64,000 nucleotides of DNA. Origin: Campylobacteraceae bacterium. GTDB lineage: Bacteria; Campylobacterota; Campylobacteria; Campylobacterales; Arcobacteraceae. The notes beneath the pieces are model-generated. The model worked only from the letters and a program-made list of their open reading frames with translations. It searched no databases and had not been told where the DNA came from. Below are positions 61,725 to 64,000 of the stretch, one piece after another. The position numbers were made by a program, and so were the translations under genes. Position 1 is the stretch's first letter. Each line of letters begins with the position of its first letter. The DNA lies in contig JABSOM010000010.1 of the NCBI GenBank assembly GCA_013215945.1, positions 1-64,000 of the forward strand, written 5' to 3'.

Positions 61725-62070
61725 CTTTTTTCCTTAGTTGAAGTTTCTCTTCGTTTTTTCTAAGGTAATTCTAACTGTTTAAAATAATTAAGGAAAGAGC
61801 AAAAAATCGCAATTATATGCAATACTTCGGAAACATACAATTTATTAATATTTTATTCTAAATATATAGGCAATACTACCTATTTATAAAAATAACTATC
61901 AAATAAGAATATAAAATCTTTCTCTTAATCTCATATTTTAATAAAAAAGCAAAAAGCAAGTGAAAGTTTTAGAAACTTTGTGTCAAGATACAAAGATAAA
62001 TCAAAGCTTGAAATAAAAAGAATTTTCCTACGATACTAACTTCAAGCATAATTATTAATAATGAGCAAAA

Positions 62071-63552
62071 ATGACCGATATAATTAAAAGCAATAACAAT
62101 GTAAATATTAAAACACCTACAAACGAACTAACACCTCATCAAAGAGAAGTTTTTAATAATGTTACGTCCTTAATAGATTCAAAAGTGAAATCTATTTTAA
62201 AATCAAACAATCTTGATGATTATATGTTATCTTTAACAGGAGCAGCAGGTACGGGTAAAACCTACCTTACAACACAAATTGCTAAATATTTAAGAGATAA
62301 AAAAGACAAAGATTTTTCTTTCACCATTACTGCACCTACTCATAAAGCAGTAGCTGTAATATCTTCTATGTTACGAGCCAATAAAATACAAGCCTCTTGT
62401 AAAACCATTCACTCTTTTTTAGGAATCAAACCTTTTCGTGATTTTGATAAAGGAATTGAGACCTTCAAAATAGATAAAACAAAAAAAGCCCATGAAAGTG
62501 CTTCTATCTTGATCGTAGATGAAAGTTCTATGATAGGGGCTGAACTCTTTTCTTATATAAAAGAAGCCATAGAAGAAGAACGCATTAATTTTGTTTTTTT
62601 CATAGGTGATCCTTATCAGTTGTTACCAGTAGATAACAGTGAAAATAAAATATATTCATTAAAAAATCGTTTTTCTTTGGATGAAGTTGTTAGACAAGCC
62701 AAAGACAGTTATATTATAAAGATTGCTACAAAACTAAGAGAAAGAATAATGCAAAAAAACTTTATTCCTCTGCAAGAATTTTTTATGGAAAATTACCATA
62801 AAGAATTGGCATTTTTTAACAATTTTAAAGACTTTACTGATGATTTTCATAAAAATGAACGTTGGTATAAAGAAGATAAGATAATAGCTACGTATAAAAA
62901 TAAAGATGTAGATTCATTTAACAATCTTATAAGAAGAAAATTTTGGGAACAACATGGTGTTATTAATCCCCCTACTTATTTACAAGGGGATACTTTACGC
63001 TTTAGAGAAGCCTACAGTGTAAATGATATTTCTTTATATCACAATGGTCAAGTAGTAGAACTTCAAAGGGCCCAGCAGAAATACCATGACAGTTTGGGAA
63101 TTTATTATTGGGAGTGCCAAAATATTGGGGCTTTGGAGCAACAAGTATTTAGAGTAATAGAACCTTCTTCTCTTAAAACCTTTAATGATAAATTAAAAGC
63201 CATTGTAAGTGCAGCTAAGAGAGCTTCACACCCACAGAAAAAAGAATTATGGGTTACGTTCTATGCTGTAAGAGATATGTTTGCTGATGTTCAATACGTA
63301 CACTCTTCTACTATACATAAATTGCAAGGAAGTACCCACGATATAGCTTACATTGATTTGTTTTCTTTATCTGATAACAGATATATGAGTGATGAAGAAA
63401 AATATCGTTTGGCTTATGTTTCTATTACAAGAGCAAGTAAAGATATCAAAATATTTATGCCTCATTTTAAGTACAATGAGCAAGAAAGTATAATGAATGT
63501 TGTTAATGAATTTGATGCCATTGATGCTGCGTTAAAACGAATAGAATTTTAA
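62071..63552 (+). CDS. SF1B DNA helicase (RecD/Pif1/Dda-like; AAA_30 + UvrD_C_2 architecture)
   Basis: Walker A GAAGTGKT, motif II IVDESSM, motif V/VI HSSTIHKLQGST and YVSITRA. Confidence 0.75.
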   Translation: MTDIIKSNNNVNIKTPTNELTPHQREVFNNVTSLIDSKVKSILKSNNLDDYMLSLTGAAGTGKTYLTTQIAKYLRDKKDKDFSFTITAPTHKAVAVISSMLRANKIQASCKTIHSFLGIKPFRDFDKGIETFKIDKTKKAHESASILIVDESSMIGAELFSYIKEAIEEERINFVFFIGDPYQLLPVDNSENKIYSLKNRFSLDEVVRQAKDSYIIKIATKLRERIMQKNFIPLQEFFMENYHKELAFFNNFKDFTDDFHKNERWYKEDKIIATYKNKDVDSFNNLIRRKFWEQHGVINPPTYLQGDTLRFREAYSVNDISLYHNGQVVELQRAQQKYHDSLGIYYWECQNIGALEQQVFRVIEPSSLKTFNDKLKAIVSAAKRASHPQKKELWVTFYAVRDMFADVQYVHSSTIHKLQGSTHDIAYIDLFSLSDNRYMSDEEKYRLAYVSITRASKDIKIFMPHFKYNEQESIMNVVNEFDAIDAALKRIEF

Positions 63553-63613
63553 GAAAAAAATAAAATTTATATTAAGAAAAAGACCTATGTTTTTATTAGA
63601 TCTTCTTCTTTAT

Positions 63614-64000
63614 TTATACTGCGAAAAATTTATTATTATAATGACTCAGATTTTCTATTTCACGATTAATCTTTTTCTCAAAACTTTTTTCATTGATAAA
63701 TTGATCTATATATAATTTAGATAATCTTGTTTTAAAGCTGTAGTGACTGGGATAATATTCTCTAAGTAAAAAATAAACATATTTTGCTAATTCATCTTTC
63801 CCCATGAATTGATGTTCTTTATTATCTACTTTAGAAACTGCACAAGTAAGTCCTTCTTCAATAGCATCAACAATACCTCCCACCGTTTTTTCTTTTCCAA
63901 ATATAATAGTAAATCTGTCCCCTAGTTCATGATCACTATCATGGGCATCAGAATTTCCAAAAGGAGCTAAATATTTATATTTATTTTCATTTTGATAGGT
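63614..64000 (-). CDS. PHP-domain phosphoesterase (TrpH/YciV-like), 3' part; gene continues beyond window end
   Basis: Open frame runs to position 64000. It contains FGNSDAHDSDHELGDRF, the C-terminal PHP motif (G-SDAH). The track's Met at 63883 is internal. Confidence 0.5.
   Translation of the reverse strand, partial: TYQNENKYKYLAPFGNSDAHDSDHELGDRFTIIFGKEKTVGGIVDAIEEGLTCAVSKVDNKEHQFMGKDELAKYVYFLLREYYPSHYSFKTRLSKLYIDQFINEKSFEKKINREIENLSHYNNKFFAV

Overview
This reads as a core-chromosome window from a very AT-rich Campylobacterota genome (Arcobacter/Aliarcobacter-like; gene order ispDF followed by an HP1021/CemR-type orphan regulator is typical of that class). It is densely coding. There are no CRISPR arrays, IS elements or clear prophage.

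Recognisable content by function:
- Housekeeping genes: metH, ilvE, hisIE, an mrp/apbC-type Fe-S carrier, tenA, ispDF-cemR-pgpA, a carA-DUF507-purA-hisZ-aminotransferase operon, purM, coaE-dapF, gpx, greA, phnA.
- tRNA array: nine tRNAs (Gln, Tyr, Phe, Leu, Thr, Gly, fMet, Leu, Ser) with tRNA-Leu(TAA) duplicated, followed by a Sel1-repeat protein and a minus-strand tRNA-Pro.
- Envelope, signalling and stress modules: a CsgG-like plus LPP20 lipoprotein pair, an SPFH protein, two two-component modules, a NIT-GAF-PAS-GGDEF cyclase, tandem PF04392 binding proteins upstream of a histidine kinase, and a LysR regulator next to a cysteine-desulfidase-family protein. There is also endonuclease I, a LetA(split)/LetB seven-MCE system, a YiaW-YiaV-OMF efflux triad, and an AraC/DoxX pair. 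A MarR regulon (yceI, two FMN reductases, a DOPA-type extradiol dioxygenase, pirin) carries three copies of a TAGTACTA-type palindromic operator.

Least explained, and my best candidates for something undescribed:
(i) An 823-aa all-helical protein with no recognisable domain, translationally coupled to an HDOD signalling protein and sitting directly upstream of the essential ispDF-cemR unit.
(ii) A peptidoglycan-remodelling operon that ends in a secreted transglutaminase-like (Cys-His-Asp) protein coupled to an MltC-like lytic transglycosylase.
(iii) An SF1B (RecD/Pif1/Dda-like) helicase with its own long AT-rich leader, next to a partial PHP-domain gene at the window edge.

Also notable: a thioredoxin-fold (WCPGC) gene is broken by a frameshift, and a 33-codon remnant of a third PF04392 paralog lies upstream of the tandem pair. 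All calls come from reading the translations and the DNA by eye; no searches were run.
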